From positions 416,001 through 480,000 of the forward strand of contig OZ244065.1 of the NCBI GenBank assembly GCA_965215505.1: a stretch of DNA of 64,000 nt, in the 5' to 3' direction. The notes below the pieces were generated by a model. The model was given only the letters and a program-made list of their open reading frames with translations. It searched no databases and had not been told where the DNA came from. Made by a program: the position numbers and the translations under genes. Source of the stretch: Capsulimonadaceae bacterium. GTDB lineage: Bacteria; Armatimonadota; Armatimonadia; Armatimonadales; Capsulimonadaceae. Positions 48,809-58,545 of the stretch are shown in pieces. Position 1 is the stretch's first letter. Each line of letters starts with the position of its first letter.

Positions 48809-49505
48809 GGCCTACAGCGGCGGCCTGCGCTCGCCGCTGCTCCAGTTCGAGAAGGCGGGCCAAGCCGTCATCTTCCGCCTCTTCCCAACGATCCACATCG
48901 GCGATCCGGTGTACTATGCCTCGATTCTCGCGCATCTGGCCGACTGTGACCGGGTGTTGTATGAGTTCACCGAGACGTTCGAGCTTGGGCCGCGCGACCA
49001 CGACGGCCACCGGATCGTGGCCCGGCGGCTGGGACTGGTGAGCCAGCTCGATGCGGTTGACTACGAGTGCGTCCCCGCGACATGGGTCCTGGCCGACATG
49101 ACACGCGGCCATATGGAACAGGCCATCGCCGCCCTGCCGTCCTGGTGGGATCGGGCGCAGTTCACCGCGCGTGGGCAGGCCGTCCTGTCCCGGCTGATCG
49201 CCCTCCTGTCCCTCCCCACGCGGCAGGAGATCGCGGCGGTCTGCGACATGAGCCAGACGCTTTACGAAGACCTCCTCGCCCTCACCCCGCTCGAAGTCCT
49301 CATCATGGACGACCGGAACCGCGTGCTGTTCAACGCCATCAAGCGGTTCCACACCATTCCGCTGACCGATGCCAGCCAGCCCTTCATCGTCGGCGTCTTC
49401 TACGGGGCCGCGCACATGCCCGCCGTCGCCTCCTACCTCACCACCCACCTCGGCTATTTCTGCCGCACCGCCGAGTGGATCGAGCCGGACGTGTTCCAAT
49501 GGTAG
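48795..49505 (+). CDS. Hypothetical protein (TraB/GumN-like motifs)
   Basis: PTIHIGDP.YY, VLYE, DDRN, GVFYGAAHMP. Confidence 0.6.
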   Translation: MEFLEAYSGGLRSPLLQFEKAGQAVIFRLFPTIHIGDPVYYASILAHLADCDRVLYEFTETFELGPRDHDGHRIVARRLGLVSQLDAVDYECVPATWVLADMTRGHMEQAIAALPSWWDRAQFTARGQAVLSRLIALLSLPTRQEIAAVCDMSQTLYEDLLALTPLEVLIMDDRNRVLFNAIKRFHTIPLTDASQPFIVGVFYGAAHMPAVASYLTTHLGYFCRTAEWIEPDVFQW

Positions 49506-49513
49506 CCGAAATA

Positions 49514-50221
49514 TCAGACGAGGCGGCGGGTGTTTAGTCGCCGTGCCCACCGGCCTCCAAATGCTGCCGAGGCGCAGGCTATCGGCAGCCAGAAGAATGC
49601 CAACAGCACGACCGCATCAAGGCACCGGATGACGGGACTCTGATCCGGCAGAAGCCTCCCTGCAAGCCAAGTCAGTGCGCTGAGGCCGACGATCTCCACC
49701 GACAGCGCCGCAAACAGCCCCACACTGGGATGATGCGGCGCGCGGCGGCTCTGCGCCAGCCCGAGAGCGAGCGGGGACAGCATCACTACGCCAACAGAGT
49801 ACACGTTGAACAGTGTGCCGAGGAACGGGCCTCCAAGTTGGCTCTCGAACGCTAAAAAGCCGGCCAGAGCTATCGTCGCCGGAACCAATATCAGCGCCGG
49901 AAGTGACAGACGCAGGGCAGGCCGCGTGGCCTCCCAGACCTTGCGCGGTGTTAGCGTCCGCGGTGCCTGCGTCCACTCGCGCCGCCACTGGCGCGTGAAG
50001 TCCTCCGCGCCGCCGAACTGTTGCAGGGCTTCGGTGACGGCCTCGTCCTCGGTCTGCCCTAGCTCATGGTAGGCTTCGATGCGCGCCCACAGGTGTTCCC
50101 GAAGCTCGCGCCGAAGCTCCTCCCGATGGAACGGGGACAGGCGGCGGGCGAGCGGCGCGAGTATCTGGTCAAGATAGGCTTCCACCCGGCGCGGGCCGGA
50201 GGCGAGGGGATCGGGTTCCAT
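49514..50221 (-). CDS. Permease-prefix/HAAS-domain membrane protein
   Basis: VEAYLDQI...EELRRELREHL...EAVTEALQQFG followed by about 4 TM helices; coupled to the PadR gene. Confidence 0.8.
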   Translation of the reverse strand: MEPDPLASGPRRVEAYLDQILAPLARRLSPFHREELRRELREHLWARIEAYHELGQTEDEAVTEALQQFGGAEDFTRQWRREWTQAPRTLTPRKVWEATRPALRLSLPALILVPATIALAGFLAFESQLGGPFLGTLFNVYSVGVVMLSPLALGLAQSRRAPHHPSVGLFAALSVEIVGLSALTWLAGRLLPDQSPVIRCLDAVVLLAFFWLPIACASAAFGGRWARRLNTRRLV

Positions 50222-50579
50222 GAGTCGGTTCTCCTTCCGAGATTTCAGGTGAGGGGGCGAGGACGCGCCCGACGGCGGCGACGAACTGGTGCCAGCCTTG
50301 GCTCCATTCGTCCAGCTTCTTTTCGCCCGCCGGGGTCAGCCGGTAGACCTTGCGCTCCCGGCCCCCGGCGGGCGTCTCCCAGGCGCTCGCGATCAGGCCG
50401 TCGCGCTCCAGGGCGTGCAGGGCCGGGTAGAGGGTGCCTTCGCGGAGCTGCAAGGCGTTCTCCGTGCGCCGCTCGATGGTCCGGGCCAGGCCATAGCCGT
50501 GCGCGGGGCCGTCGCGCAGGGTCGCCAGGAGGAGCAGGGCCAGGCCGCCTTTGAGATGTTCTTGCGCCGGGGTGTTCAT
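50169..50579 (-). CDS. PadR-family transcriptional regulator
   Basis: HGYGL, EGTLYPALHALE..GLI...W...GRERKVYRLT..G. Confidence 0.93.
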   Translation of the reverse strand: MNTPAQEHLKGGLALLLLATLRDGPAHGYGLARTIERRTENALQLREGTLYPALHALERDGLIASAWETPAGGRERKVYRLTPAGEKKLDEWSQGWHQFVAAVGRVLAPSPEISEGEPTHGTRSPRLRPAPGGSLS

Positions 50580-50585
50580 GCCCAC

Positions 50586-50614
50586 ATTATACATAGGATT
50601 CCTAGGGGTGTCAA
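50586..50614 (-). promoter_or_regulatory. Leaderless sigma70 promoter of padR with a palindromic operator
   Basis: Minus-strand TTGACA-N17-TATAAT, 6 nt from the ATG; TAGGATTCCTA palindrome at 50594-50604. Confidence 0.7.
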
Positions 50615-50669
50615 GGGCCGGATTGACTTCCCCTCTCTCTTTCGTTTATAATGGCAGCAGAGTTTCGGA

Positions 50670-51014
50670 GTGGAGGCAGGGAAGCTGGCAGAAGAATGGG
50701 TAAGAGTGTATCACGGCAGCATCAATGACGCGTCTCAGATCCGCGCCAATGGTTTGGATGCCCTACGCCTTCCGGCCTGGATCACACGAGATTTCGCGGC
50801 GGCGCGTAACGCCATTGACCCACGCATCCGGGCAGACCGAATCACCGACACAGCGGTCATCGAAGCACTGATTCCGAAGGCTGAGTTTGAGGCGTTGTTA
50901 GCCCCGAACGAGCGGGAGTATTCAGGCTTTAACAGCGTACTGCCCGGTTCTTCAGAGATCGTTGTGCGGACGCCGGAGCAGGCGGCACTCTTTAACCGGC
51001 ATATCGTTAGATGA
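50670..51014 (+). CDS. Putative ADP-ribosyltransferase-fold toxin domain (orphan)
   Basis: VYHGS...IRANGL...WITRD..AA...EIVVR resembles H-x-E type ART toxin tips. Confidence 0.45.
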   Translation: MEAGKLAEEWVRVYHGSINDASQIRANGLDALRLPAWITRDFAAARNAIDPRIRADRITDTAVIEALIPKAEFEALLAPNEREYSGFNSVLPGSSEIVVRTPEQAALFNRHIVR

Positions 51015-51018
51015 GCTT

Positions 51019-51396
51019 ATGAACACCGACATCAGTCTTCAGCAGATACTTCATGCCTTGAATGGCTTTTTGCCATCGGATCAGGCCCAAGTAGACACCG
51101 GTAACGTCGTCTTCGCATGGGAGAGCGATGTGGACTTCCAGACGAAGTCGCACCGCGCTGTGCCGCAGGCCTGCCTCGTCGCCCCTCAAGATTTCCCCGG
51201 CCCATTTGCGGGCTCGTTCGCGGTCGGGCCGGATTGGGTTAATGCCAGCGCAATCCCCCTCGGGGACGACCGCTTCCTGGTTACTATTGCTACCGGCCGG
51301 GGCGTCGGCAACCCACACCCGAGCATTAATGTCAGCCACGAGCTGGACGCGCGGGCGGCAATCATTGTTACGAGAGATTTAGTCACGGTCAGTTAA
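51019..51396 (+). CDS. Hypothetical protein, candidate immunity protein
   Basis: 125 aa, begins 4 nt after the toxin-like ORF, similar atypical composition. Confidence 0.45.
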   Translation: MNTDISLQQILHALNGFLPSDQAQVDTGNVVFAWESDVDFQTKSHRAVPQACLVAPQDFPGPFAGSFAVGPDWVNASAIPLGDDRFLVTIATGRGVGNPHPSINVSHELDARAAIIVTRDLVTVS

Positions 51397-51407
51397 GGAG
51401 ACAACAC

Positions 51408-53249
51408 ATGGCGGAAGTGGATTTGAAAGAACTCGCGGCGCAGCTCCGCGTGGACAGCATCCGGTGTACGACGGCGGCGGGGTCGGGACACCCGACCTCG
51501 TCCATGTCGGCGGCGGACCTCATGGCCGTACTGCTCGGCAAGTACCTCAAGTACGACTGGTCGAACCAGAAGAACCCCGGCAATGATCACCTGATCCTCA
51601 GCAAAGGCCACGCCTGCCCGGTTCTGTACTCGATGTTCAAGGCGGCGGGCGCGATCTCCGACGAGGAGCTGCTGACCCTTCGCCAGTTCGGCAGCCGGCT
51701 GGAAGGTCATCCGAACCCCCATGTGACGCCGTACACGGATGTCGCCACCGGCTCGCTCGGCCAGGGGCTGCCCATCGGCGTCGGCATGGCGCTCGACGGC
51801 AAGTATCTGGACAAGCTGCCCTTCAAAGTCTGGGTCCTCCTGGGAGACTCCGAAGTGGCCGAAGGCTCCATCTGGGAGGCGTGCGACAAGGCCTCGCATT
51901 ACAAGCTGAACAACCTGATCGCCATCCTGGACATGAACCGGCTCGGCCAGCGCGGCGAAACCGACCTGGGCTGGAACTCGGCCGCCTATGCCGCCCGCGC
52001 CCGCGCCTTCGGCTGCCACGCCATCGAGATTGATGGGCACGACTTGGGCGCGATTGACGCCGCCTACGCCGAGGCCATCGCGCAGACCGACCTCCCGACC
52101 TGGATCATCGCCAAGACCGATAAGGGCCACGGCGTCTCGTTCCTCTCCAACAAGGAAGGCTGGCACGGGAAAGCCCTGAGCGCCGACCAGGCCAAAGACG
52201 CCATCGCCGAACTCGGCGGCGAGCGGCACATCATCGTTGACGTCGCGAAGCCGAGCGGCCAGGCCCCCGCCGCGCCCGCCGAAACCGGGCCGCTGAAGCT
52301 GCCCGTCTATGAGATGGGGACCAAAGAGGCCACGCGCAAGGCCTACGGCGACGCCATCACCGCCCTGGGCGGATTCCGGTCGGACGTCGTCGCGCTCGAC
52401 GGCGAGGTGTCCAACTCCACCCACGCCGACGAGTTCAACAAGGCCTTCCCGGACCGCTTCTTCGAGATGTACATCGCCGAGCAGCAGCTCGTGTCCACCG
52501 CCGTCGGCCTTTCGACGCGCGGCAAGCGCGCCTTCGCCTCCACCTTCGCCGCCTTCTTCAGCCGCGCCTTCGACCAGATCCGCATGGCGAGCATTTCCAA
52601 CGCCTCCCTCTGCCTCAGCGGCTCCCACGCGGGCGTGAGCATCGGCGAGGACGGCCCCTCCCAGATGGCCCTGGAAGACCTCGCCATGATGCGCGCCGTC
52701 TGCGACAGCACGGTGCTGTACCCCAGCGACCCGAACCAGACCGCCCACCTGGTCATGCTGATGGCGGACCTGCCGCACGTCTCCTACATCCGCACCACGC
52801 GCGAGAAGCTGCCGATCCTCTACGGGCCGGACGAGACATACGAAGTCGGCGGCTCGAAGCTTGTCCACCACTCGGACGGCGATCAGGTCGCCGTCGTGGC
52901 GGCGGGCATCACGGTCCATGAGGCCAACAAGGCCTATGACCGGCTGAAGGCCGAGGGCATCACCATCCGCCTGATTGATGCCTACTCGGTCAAGCCCATC
53001 GACAAGGAAACCCTGCACCGGGCCGCCCAGGACTGCGGCGGCAAGCTGGTCGTCGTCGAGGATCACTGGTTCGAGGGCGGCATCGGCGACGCCGTGTTAG
53101 ATGCCTTCGTCGGCGTCGGCGACCACGCCCCCACGGTCGTCAAGCTCGCCGTCTCCAAGATGCCCGGCTCCGGCAAGCCCGCCGAACTGCTCCACGCCGC
53201 GAGGATAGACGCCGACGCCATCGTCGAGGCCGTCAAGTCGCTGCTGTAG
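51408..53249 (+). CDS. tkt: Transketolase
   Basis: SGHPTS, LSKGHA, LEGHP, TGSLGQG, GDSE..EG, IAEQ, IGEDGPSQMALED. Confidence 0.95.
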   Translation: MAEVDLKELAAQLRVDSIRCTTAAGSGHPTSSMSAADLMAVLLGKYLKYDWSNQKNPGNDHLILSKGHACPVLYSMFKAAGAISDEELLTLRQFGSRLEGHPNPHVTPYTDVATGSLGQGLPIGVGMALDGKYLDKLPFKVWVLLGDSEVAEGSIWEACDKASHYKLNNLIAILDMNRLGQRGETDLGWNSAAYAARARAFGCHAIEIDGHDLGAIDAAYAEAIAQTDLPTWIIAKTDKGHGVSFLSNKEGWHGKALSADQAKDAIAELGGERHIIVDVAKPSGQAPAAPAETGPLKLPVYEMGTKEATRKAYGDAITALGGFRSDVVALDGEVSNSTHADEFNKAFPDRFFEMYIAEQQLVSTAVGLSTRGKRAFASTFAAFFSRAFDQIRMASISNASLCLSGSHAGVSIGEDGPSQMALEDLAMMRAVCDSTVLYPSDPNQTAHLVMLMADLPHVSYIRTTREKLPILYGPDETYEVGGSKLVHHSDGDQVAVVAAGITVHEANKAYDRLKAEGITIRLIDAYSVKPIDKETLHRAAQDCGGKLVVVEDHWFEGGIGDAVLDAFVGVGDHAPTVVKLAVSKMPGSGKPAELLHAARIDADAIVEAVKSLL

Positions 53250-53262
53250 GCGCTTCCATTGC

Positions 53263-53295
53263 AAGGCCGCCCCTGGTTTCAGGGGCGGCCTTTCT
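53263..53295 (+). terminator. Terminator after tkt
   Basis: aaggccgcccctg-gttt-caggggcggcctt followed by TCT. Confidence 0.75.
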
Positions 53296-53541
53296 CATTC
53301 CGGTCTGATAGGGTACACTGATGCAAAAAAAGTTTATGCCCTTCTGGTGACGTATGTTCCCACATGGCTGAATAGGCGGCGGGAGAAAACGTTGCGTCAG
53401 AATATCATCGAGGGCTGCCGCGAGATGCGGGGCATAAACATCGAGATCGAGCGGGAGTTTCACCCGCTGGAGGAAGAAGTCGCCTGCGCGAATCCTCCCG
53501 AATGAACCCGGCATCCCATCAAGACGACGAGAGGGGCTAGG

Positions 53542-54453
53542 ATGAGCAAGCGAGAGGTCCGCTGGGAGCGCATGTTCCCCGACGAACTGGAACGGGCATT
53601 TGCCGAGTGTCCCCTGGTCTACTTCCCTTACGGCCTGTGTGAGCCGCATGGGCCGCACTGTGCCCTGGGGCTGGACGGCTTGAAGGCGCACGCCGTCGCC
53701 TGCCGGGCGGCGCGGGAGGGCGGGGGCATCGTCGCGCCGCCCGACTACTGGCACATCCACGAGATCGGCGGCTACGGGGCCTGGGCCGCGCGGAACATCG
53801 GTGAGGTCGAGCGGTCGTGGCTGACCAGCCTGCCGCCCTGGCAGCACTTCAAGAATGTTTGCTATCACGTCCGCGCCGCTGACGCCCTGGGCTTTCAGGC
53901 GGCCATCTTCCTGACCGGGCATTACGGGCCGAACTGGCGCGACTTGCAGACTCTGCTGGACCTATTGCAGCCATTTGTCGGCGCGCGTCTGTACGGACTG
54001 CCGGACTTTGAGGCGAACTCGCCCGGCTTCAATGGCAGCACCGGGGACCACGCGGGCAAAGTGGAGACGTCCCTGCTGTGGGCTTTGGAGCCGGACGGCG
54101 TGGACATGTCACGCCTCCCGGAGCGCAGCGAGCCGGGGGCACACTTCGCGATGGGACCGAGCGCGTTTGACTCCGACCGCCGGGTCGGGGAGCGGATGGT
54201 CGCCGACGAAGTGCGCTGGCTGACGGAGAAGGGGCGGGAACTGCTTGCGGCCTATGCCTCGGAGGCACCGGGTCAGAGGCTCAGGACGTTCGCGCAGGTG
54301 GAGGCGCTCTGGGCCGATGTGGTCGCCCCGCGCCTGATGCAGTTCGAGACGATGCAGGTGTGGGAGGGGGACGCGCCGCCCGCCGAGGACTCGGTCTGGC
54401 GCGCGAACTGGCCGATCCCGGCCTCACCCGTCGGCGGAGAGGGGTTCTCATGA
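53542..54453 (+). CDS. Creatininase-family amidohydrolase
   Basis: GLCEPHGPHCALGLD, TGHYG, DHAGKVETS. Confidence 0.85.
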   Translation: MSKREVRWERMFPDELERAFAECPLVYFPYGLCEPHGPHCALGLDGLKAHAVACRAAREGGGIVAPPDYWHIHEIGGYGAWAARNIGEVERSWLTSLPPWQHFKNVCYHVRAADALGFQAAIFLTGHYGPNWRDLQTLLDLLQPFVGARLYGLPDFEANSPGFNGSTGDHAGKVETSLLWALEPDGVDMSRLPERSEPGAHFAMGPSAFDSDRRVGERMVADEVRWLTEKGRELLAAYASEAPGQRLRTFAQVEALWADVVAPRLMQFETMQVWEGDAPPAEDSVWRANWPIPASPVGGEGFS

Positions 54454-56684
54454 GGACAAAGGCGTTCCTGTTCGGTTTTCTGTGGGCGTTCCTGTACGGC
54501 ACACCGGCCTGGCCGGACTCCCTGCCGCCGCCGGTCATCCCGCAGTGCGTGGGCGTCAACATCCACTTCACCGGCGCACCGGCGCGGGACCTGGACGGGA
54601 TTCAGGCGGGCGGCTTCGGCTGGGTCCGCATGGACTTCGTGTGGAGCGCCATCGAGAAGGTGAAGAGCCAGTACGACTTCGCTGCCTACGACGCGCTCCT
54701 CGCCGGGCTGACGGCCCGCCACATCAAGCCGCTGTTTATCCTCGACTACGGCAACGACCTATACCAGACCGGCTCGCCGCGCTCGCCCGAGGCGCGGGCG
54801 GCCTTCGCGCGGTTCGCCGCCGCCGCCGTGACACACTACAAGGGCAGACCGATCCTGTGGGAGATCTGGAACGAGCCGAACATCGGGTTCTGGAAGCCCG
54901 CCCCGAACGCCGCCGAGTATGGGCGGCTGGCGTTCGAGACGGCACGCGCCATCAAACAGGCCGACCCGAGCGCGACGGTGCTTGCGCCGGGATCGTCCTC
55001 CATCCCGCTGGATTTCCTGGAAAGTGCCTTCCAGACCGGCCTGCTGCGCTACATTGACGCCGTTTCGTTGCACCCGTATCGCGGCGACAAGCCCGAGAGC
55101 GCGGCGGCGGACTACCCCGCCGTGCGCCGGCTGATCCGGAAGTATGCGCCGCCCGGCAAGGCCGTCCCGCTCGTATCGTCCGAGTGGGGCTACACGGCCC
55201 TCAACATCACGGAGGAGCGGCAGGGGGAGTATCTGGCGCGGCAATGGCTGTCCAACCTGGCTGAGGGCGTGCGCCTGAGCATCTGGTACGACTGGCACGA
55301 CGACGGGCTGGACCCGAAGGAGGGCGAACACCACTTCGGGACGGTCCACAATGACTACACGCCCAAGCCCGCGTTCGAGGCGGCGCAAAGGCTGACGCGG
55401 GCTTTGGGCGGCTATCGTTTCGTCAAGCGACTTCCGCTGGCGTCAGATCAAGACTATCTGCTGCTGTTCGCTCAGGGGAAGGCGGTGAGAACGGCCTCCT
55501 GGACGACAGGGCCGGGCCACGCCGTCTCGCTGCCCGGCGGCGGGCGGCTCGCCCTGACCGGCAGCCCGCAGTACCAGGACGCGGGCAGTGATGCGGCCCT
55601 CCGCGCCGCCGCGTCCTGGTCGGTGACGGCGGGGGACGGGTTCTACTCGGCGGGGCAAACGCCGACATTCGTCCTATCCTATCACAGCACGGATGGTCGC
55701 CGCCACAGTACCCGGCTTCTGGCCGCAGTGACGGTTCCTGGCGACGCGCCGAAGTCGGTCGCAAGCCGGCAAGACCAGGCGGGGCCGGGGGGAACGTGGC
55801 GCTGGGGGATTGTGGTGCCTGGACTCGCGCGCGTCCCCGTGCAGATGCGCGTCAGTCTCGCGCTCGACGGTGTCCGGCAGCCATACCCGCAGGAGGTTAC
55901 GCTTCTACCGACCGACCCGCTGACACTCTCGGTCGCGCCGCTAACGGACCACAGCCTACAGGTACACATCGCCAATGCCGCCGGCACGGCGTTTGCAGGC
56001 AGCCTGAGCCTCATGCCTGGCGCGGCGGCAGGAAATCCGGTGCGCCTGACGGTGGGGCAGACAGAGCTTGACGTGACTCTGCCCACCGACCCTCGCCTCG
56101 GCACGGGCCTCTCCCTGCGGGACGCGCGAGGGCGGCTGGTCGCCCGTCTCCCCGCGACCCGGTTCGTTCCCTACGATGCCGCGCTCCCCGCACTCCGCGC
56201 CGTGCTGGACGGTGACGCGAAGGTCCCAACGGTCGTCCATCTTGACGCGGCTTCTGCCCCGCCGGGCGGTGGCCCGGCCCTACTCTTGGACTACCAATTC
56301 GCGCCCGGCTGGTCCTTCGTGCGCGTCGCCGAGGGTCAGCCTGCCGCCTTGCCGGGAAGGCCGCTGGGCCTGGGCCTATGGGTGCATGGGGACGGCAGCG
56401 GCAACCTGGCCCGGATGCGGTTCCGGGACGCGACGGGGCAGACACTTCAAGTGAACGGCCTGCCGGTGGACTGGTCGGGCTGGCGCTTCGTCCCCTTCCT
56501 GCTCGTCCCGCCGCCCGGCAAGTCCGCCGACCTCGGCCACTGGGGCGGTGTGAACGATGGCCAGGTCCACTACCCCGTCACCGTGGACACCCTGTTCCTG
56601 TTCGACTCCCGCCCGGATGCGCCCCGGCACCGGGGGATGGTCTGGGTCAAGCAGCCCACGGTGATCTACGGCGCGGACAAATAG
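54450..56684 (+). CDS. Exported clan GH-A glycoside hydrolase (GH39/GH5-like) with a C-terminal carbohydrate-binding-like domain
   Basis: GVNIHF, WVRMDFVW, WEIWNEPN, SLHPYR, SSEWGY, IWYDW; C-terminal LGLWVHGDGSG...VDWSGWR. Confidence 0.82.
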   Translation: MRTKAFLFGFLWAFLYGTPAWPDSLPPPVIPQCVGVNIHFTGAPARDLDGIQAGGFGWVRMDFVWSAIEKVKSQYDFAAYDALLAGLTARHIKPLFILDYGNDLYQTGSPRSPEARAAFARFAAAAVTHYKGRPILWEIWNEPNIGFWKPAPNAAEYGRLAFETARAIKQADPSATVLAPGSSSIPLDFLESAFQTGLLRYIDAVSLHPYRGDKPESAAADYPAVRRLIRKYAPPGKAVPLVSSEWGYTALNITEERQGEYLARQWLSNLAEGVRLSIWYDWHDDGLDPKEGEHHFGTVHNDYTPKPAFEAAQRLTRALGGYRFVKRLPLASDQDYLLLFAQGKAVRTASWTTGPGHAVSLPGGGRLALTGSPQYQDAGSDAALRAAASWSVTAGDGFYSAGQTPTFVLSYHSTDGRRHSTRLLAAVTVPGDAPKSVASRQDQAGPGGTWRWGIVVPGLARVPVQMRVSLALDGVRQPYPQEVTLLPTDPLTLSVAPLTDHSLQVHIANAAGTAFAGSLSLMPGAAAGNPVRLTVGQTELDVTLPTDPRLGTGLSLRDARGRLVARLPATRFVPYDAALPALRAVLDGDAKVPTVVHLDAASAPPGGGPALLLDYQFAPGWSFVRVAEGQPAALPGRPLGLGLWVHGDGSGNLARMRFRDATGQTLQVNGLPVDWSGWRFVPFLLVPPPGKSADLGHWGGVNDGQVHYPVTVDTLFLFDSRPDAPRHRGMVWVKQPTVIYGADK

Positions 56685-56750
56685 GCCGGGCAGTTCGGCG
56701 GGGTGTGAATAGGGTATAATCAGGGAGTACGAGAAACGGAACACTACCAA

Positions 56751-56776
56751 ACAGAACGACACCACAGAACGACACC
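56751..56776. repeat. 13-bp tandem duplication in a 5' leader
   Basis: acagaacgacacc twice. Confidence 0.85.
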
Positions 56777-56789
56777 CTGGCGACGAGGT

Positions 56790-57080
56790 TTGACCAAGAT
56801 GCTACAACGTCATGTCCCGGCACAGCGCCGGAATCCTTTGGCGGAAGAGGCGATCCCGTTGCGGACGCGCATCGCCCTCTGGAAGTGTGTCCGGCGCGAC
56901 ACGGGCTTCCTCAGCCGCTCCGAGAAGACCATGGAAGAGCTGGCGCGTCGCCTGCACGTCCAGGCGGCCCGCGCCCGGCTGCGGGCGGACCACGCGCAGG
57001 AGCTTAACCTGCCCGACCTTTCCGCCGCCGACAAGTGGTGGAAAAAGCAGTGGCAGGAGGAAGACACCCCCCGCCGGTAG
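56790..57080 (+). CDS. Hypothetical protein
   Basis: Own TATAAT upstream (about 56715), GAGG RBS, downstream hairpin at about 57096-57128. Confidence 0.55.
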   Translation: MTKMLQRHVPAQRRNPLAEEAIPLRTRIALWKCVRRDTGFLSRSEKTMEELARRLHVQAARARLRADHAQELNLPDLSAADKWWKKQWQEEDTPRR

Positions 57081-57153
57081 ACACGGCAGCCCAAAAAGGC
57101 CCGGCCCTGATAATCAGGGCCGGGCCTATTCTACATCGGAAAGGAAGACCCCG

Positions 57154-57948
57154 ATGAACACCCTCACGTCCAAGCTCGCCGTCCAGATGTATACGGTGCG
57201 CGACTTCACCGGCACCGTCGCCGGCCTCGCGGACACCCTCGCCAAAATCCGTGCCATCGGCTACCCCGCCGTCCAGCTCTCGGCCGTCGGCGCGATGGGG
57301 GGCGAGACGCCCGCCGTCACCCCGGAGCAGGCACGGCGGATGCTCGACGACAACGGCCTCAAGTGCATCGCCACGCACCGAGGCTGGGAAAGCCTGGCGC
57401 GCGAGACGGAGCGGGAGATCGCCTTCCACCACACCCTGGGCTGTGACTTCGCCGCCATCGGCAGCCTGCCGCCCCCCTACGCCGGGGCGGGCGGGGCGGG
57501 CTATGCCGACTGGACGCGGGAGGCCGCCCCGGTCATCGCCCGCCTCAAAGCCGCCGGCATCCGCCTGGGCTACCACAACCACGCGGGCGAGTTCGAGCGG
57601 GTCGGCGCGGGCAGCGCGGGCACACGGTTCGACGTCCTGATTGAAGAGGGCGGCCCGGACCTGTGCCTGGAACTGGACCTGTATTGGATCAGCCACGCCG
57701 GGGCGAACCCGGAGCGGCTGGTGGAGCGGTGTGCGGGCCGCGTCCCCGTGATCCACGTCAAGGACTGTGAAGTCGCGAACGGCCAGCCGGTCATGGCCCC
57801 GGTCGGCGAGGGGAACCTGGACTGGATGAATCTCCTGCCCGCTTGCGCCGCCGCCGGGGTCGAGTGGTACGCCGTCGAGCAGGACGTCTGCCGCCGCGAC
57901 CCGTTCGACTGCCTCCGATCCAGCTTCGAGTTCTTGACCGGCTTCTGA
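57154..57948 (+). CDS. Sugar-phosphate isomerase/epimerase (AP endonuclease 2 TIM barrel)
   Basis: QMYTVRD, YHNHAGEF, ELDLYW, IHVKD, PVGEGNLDW, VEQD. Confidence 0.9.
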   Translation: MNTLTSKLAVQMYTVRDFTGTVAGLADTLAKIRAIGYPAVQLSAVGAMGGETPAVTPEQARRMLDDNGLKCIATHRGWESLARETEREIAFHHTLGCDFAAIGSLPPPYAGAGGAGYADWTREAAPVIARLKAAGIRLGYHNHAGEFERVGAGSAGTRFDVLIEEGGPDLCLELDLYWISHAGANPERLVERCAGRVPVIHVKDCEVANGQPVMAPVGEGNLDWMNLLPACAAAGVEWYAVEQDVCRRDPFDCLRSSFEFLTGF

Positions 57949-57958
57949 ATAGGCCCCG

Positions 57959-58438
57959 CTAGAGCGTCCGGACAAACTCCAGCACCTGCCGGGTGTGGTC
58001 CTCCACCTTGACGCGCGGGTAGACCTTGGCGATTTTGCCTTCTTTGTCTATCACGAACGTCGTCCGCTCGATCCCCCAATACGTCTTGCCGTAGTTGTTC
58101 TTCTCCTTCCACACCCCGTAAGCCTCGGCGACCATGTGGTCGGTGTCGGCCAGGAGGGGGAAGGGGAGGGCGTGCTTCTCGGCGAACGCGACGTGCGAGG
58201 CCTGGTCGTCCGGGCTGATGCCCAGGATCGCCCCGCCCGCCGCCTCGAAGTCCGGCCCCATGTCCCGGAAGCCGCACGACTCCGCCGTGCAGCCCGGCGT
58301 GTCGTCCTTCGGGTAGAAGTACAGGACGACCGCCGACCGGCCTTTGTAGTCGGACAGGGACAGCGGCGTCTCGCCCTGACGGGTAACGGCGGGGACTCGG
58401 AAGTCCGGGGCCATGTCGCCCACGGTCAGTTCAGCCAT
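57959..58438 (-). CDS. bcp: Thioredoxin-dependent peroxiredoxin BCP
   Basis: LYFYPKDDTPGCTAESC, GIERTTFVID. Confidence 0.95.
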   Translation of the reverse strand: MAELTVGDMAPDFRVPAVTRQGETPLSLSDYKGRSAVVLYFYPKDDTPGCTAESCGFRDMGPDFEAAGGAILGISPDDQASHVAFAEKHALPFPLLADTDHMVAEAYGVWKEKNNYGKTYWGIERTTFVIDKEGKIAKVYPRVKVEDHTRQVLEFVRTL

Positions 58439-58545
58439 GCGTTGTTCTCCTTGGAGGTCTTGTTAAGGTCTGTCAGGGTAAGCCGGGCCGCTTGACGCCC
58501 CGACGGCGGTGTGTTAGAATGGGTCTGCACGAAAGGATCTTAACC

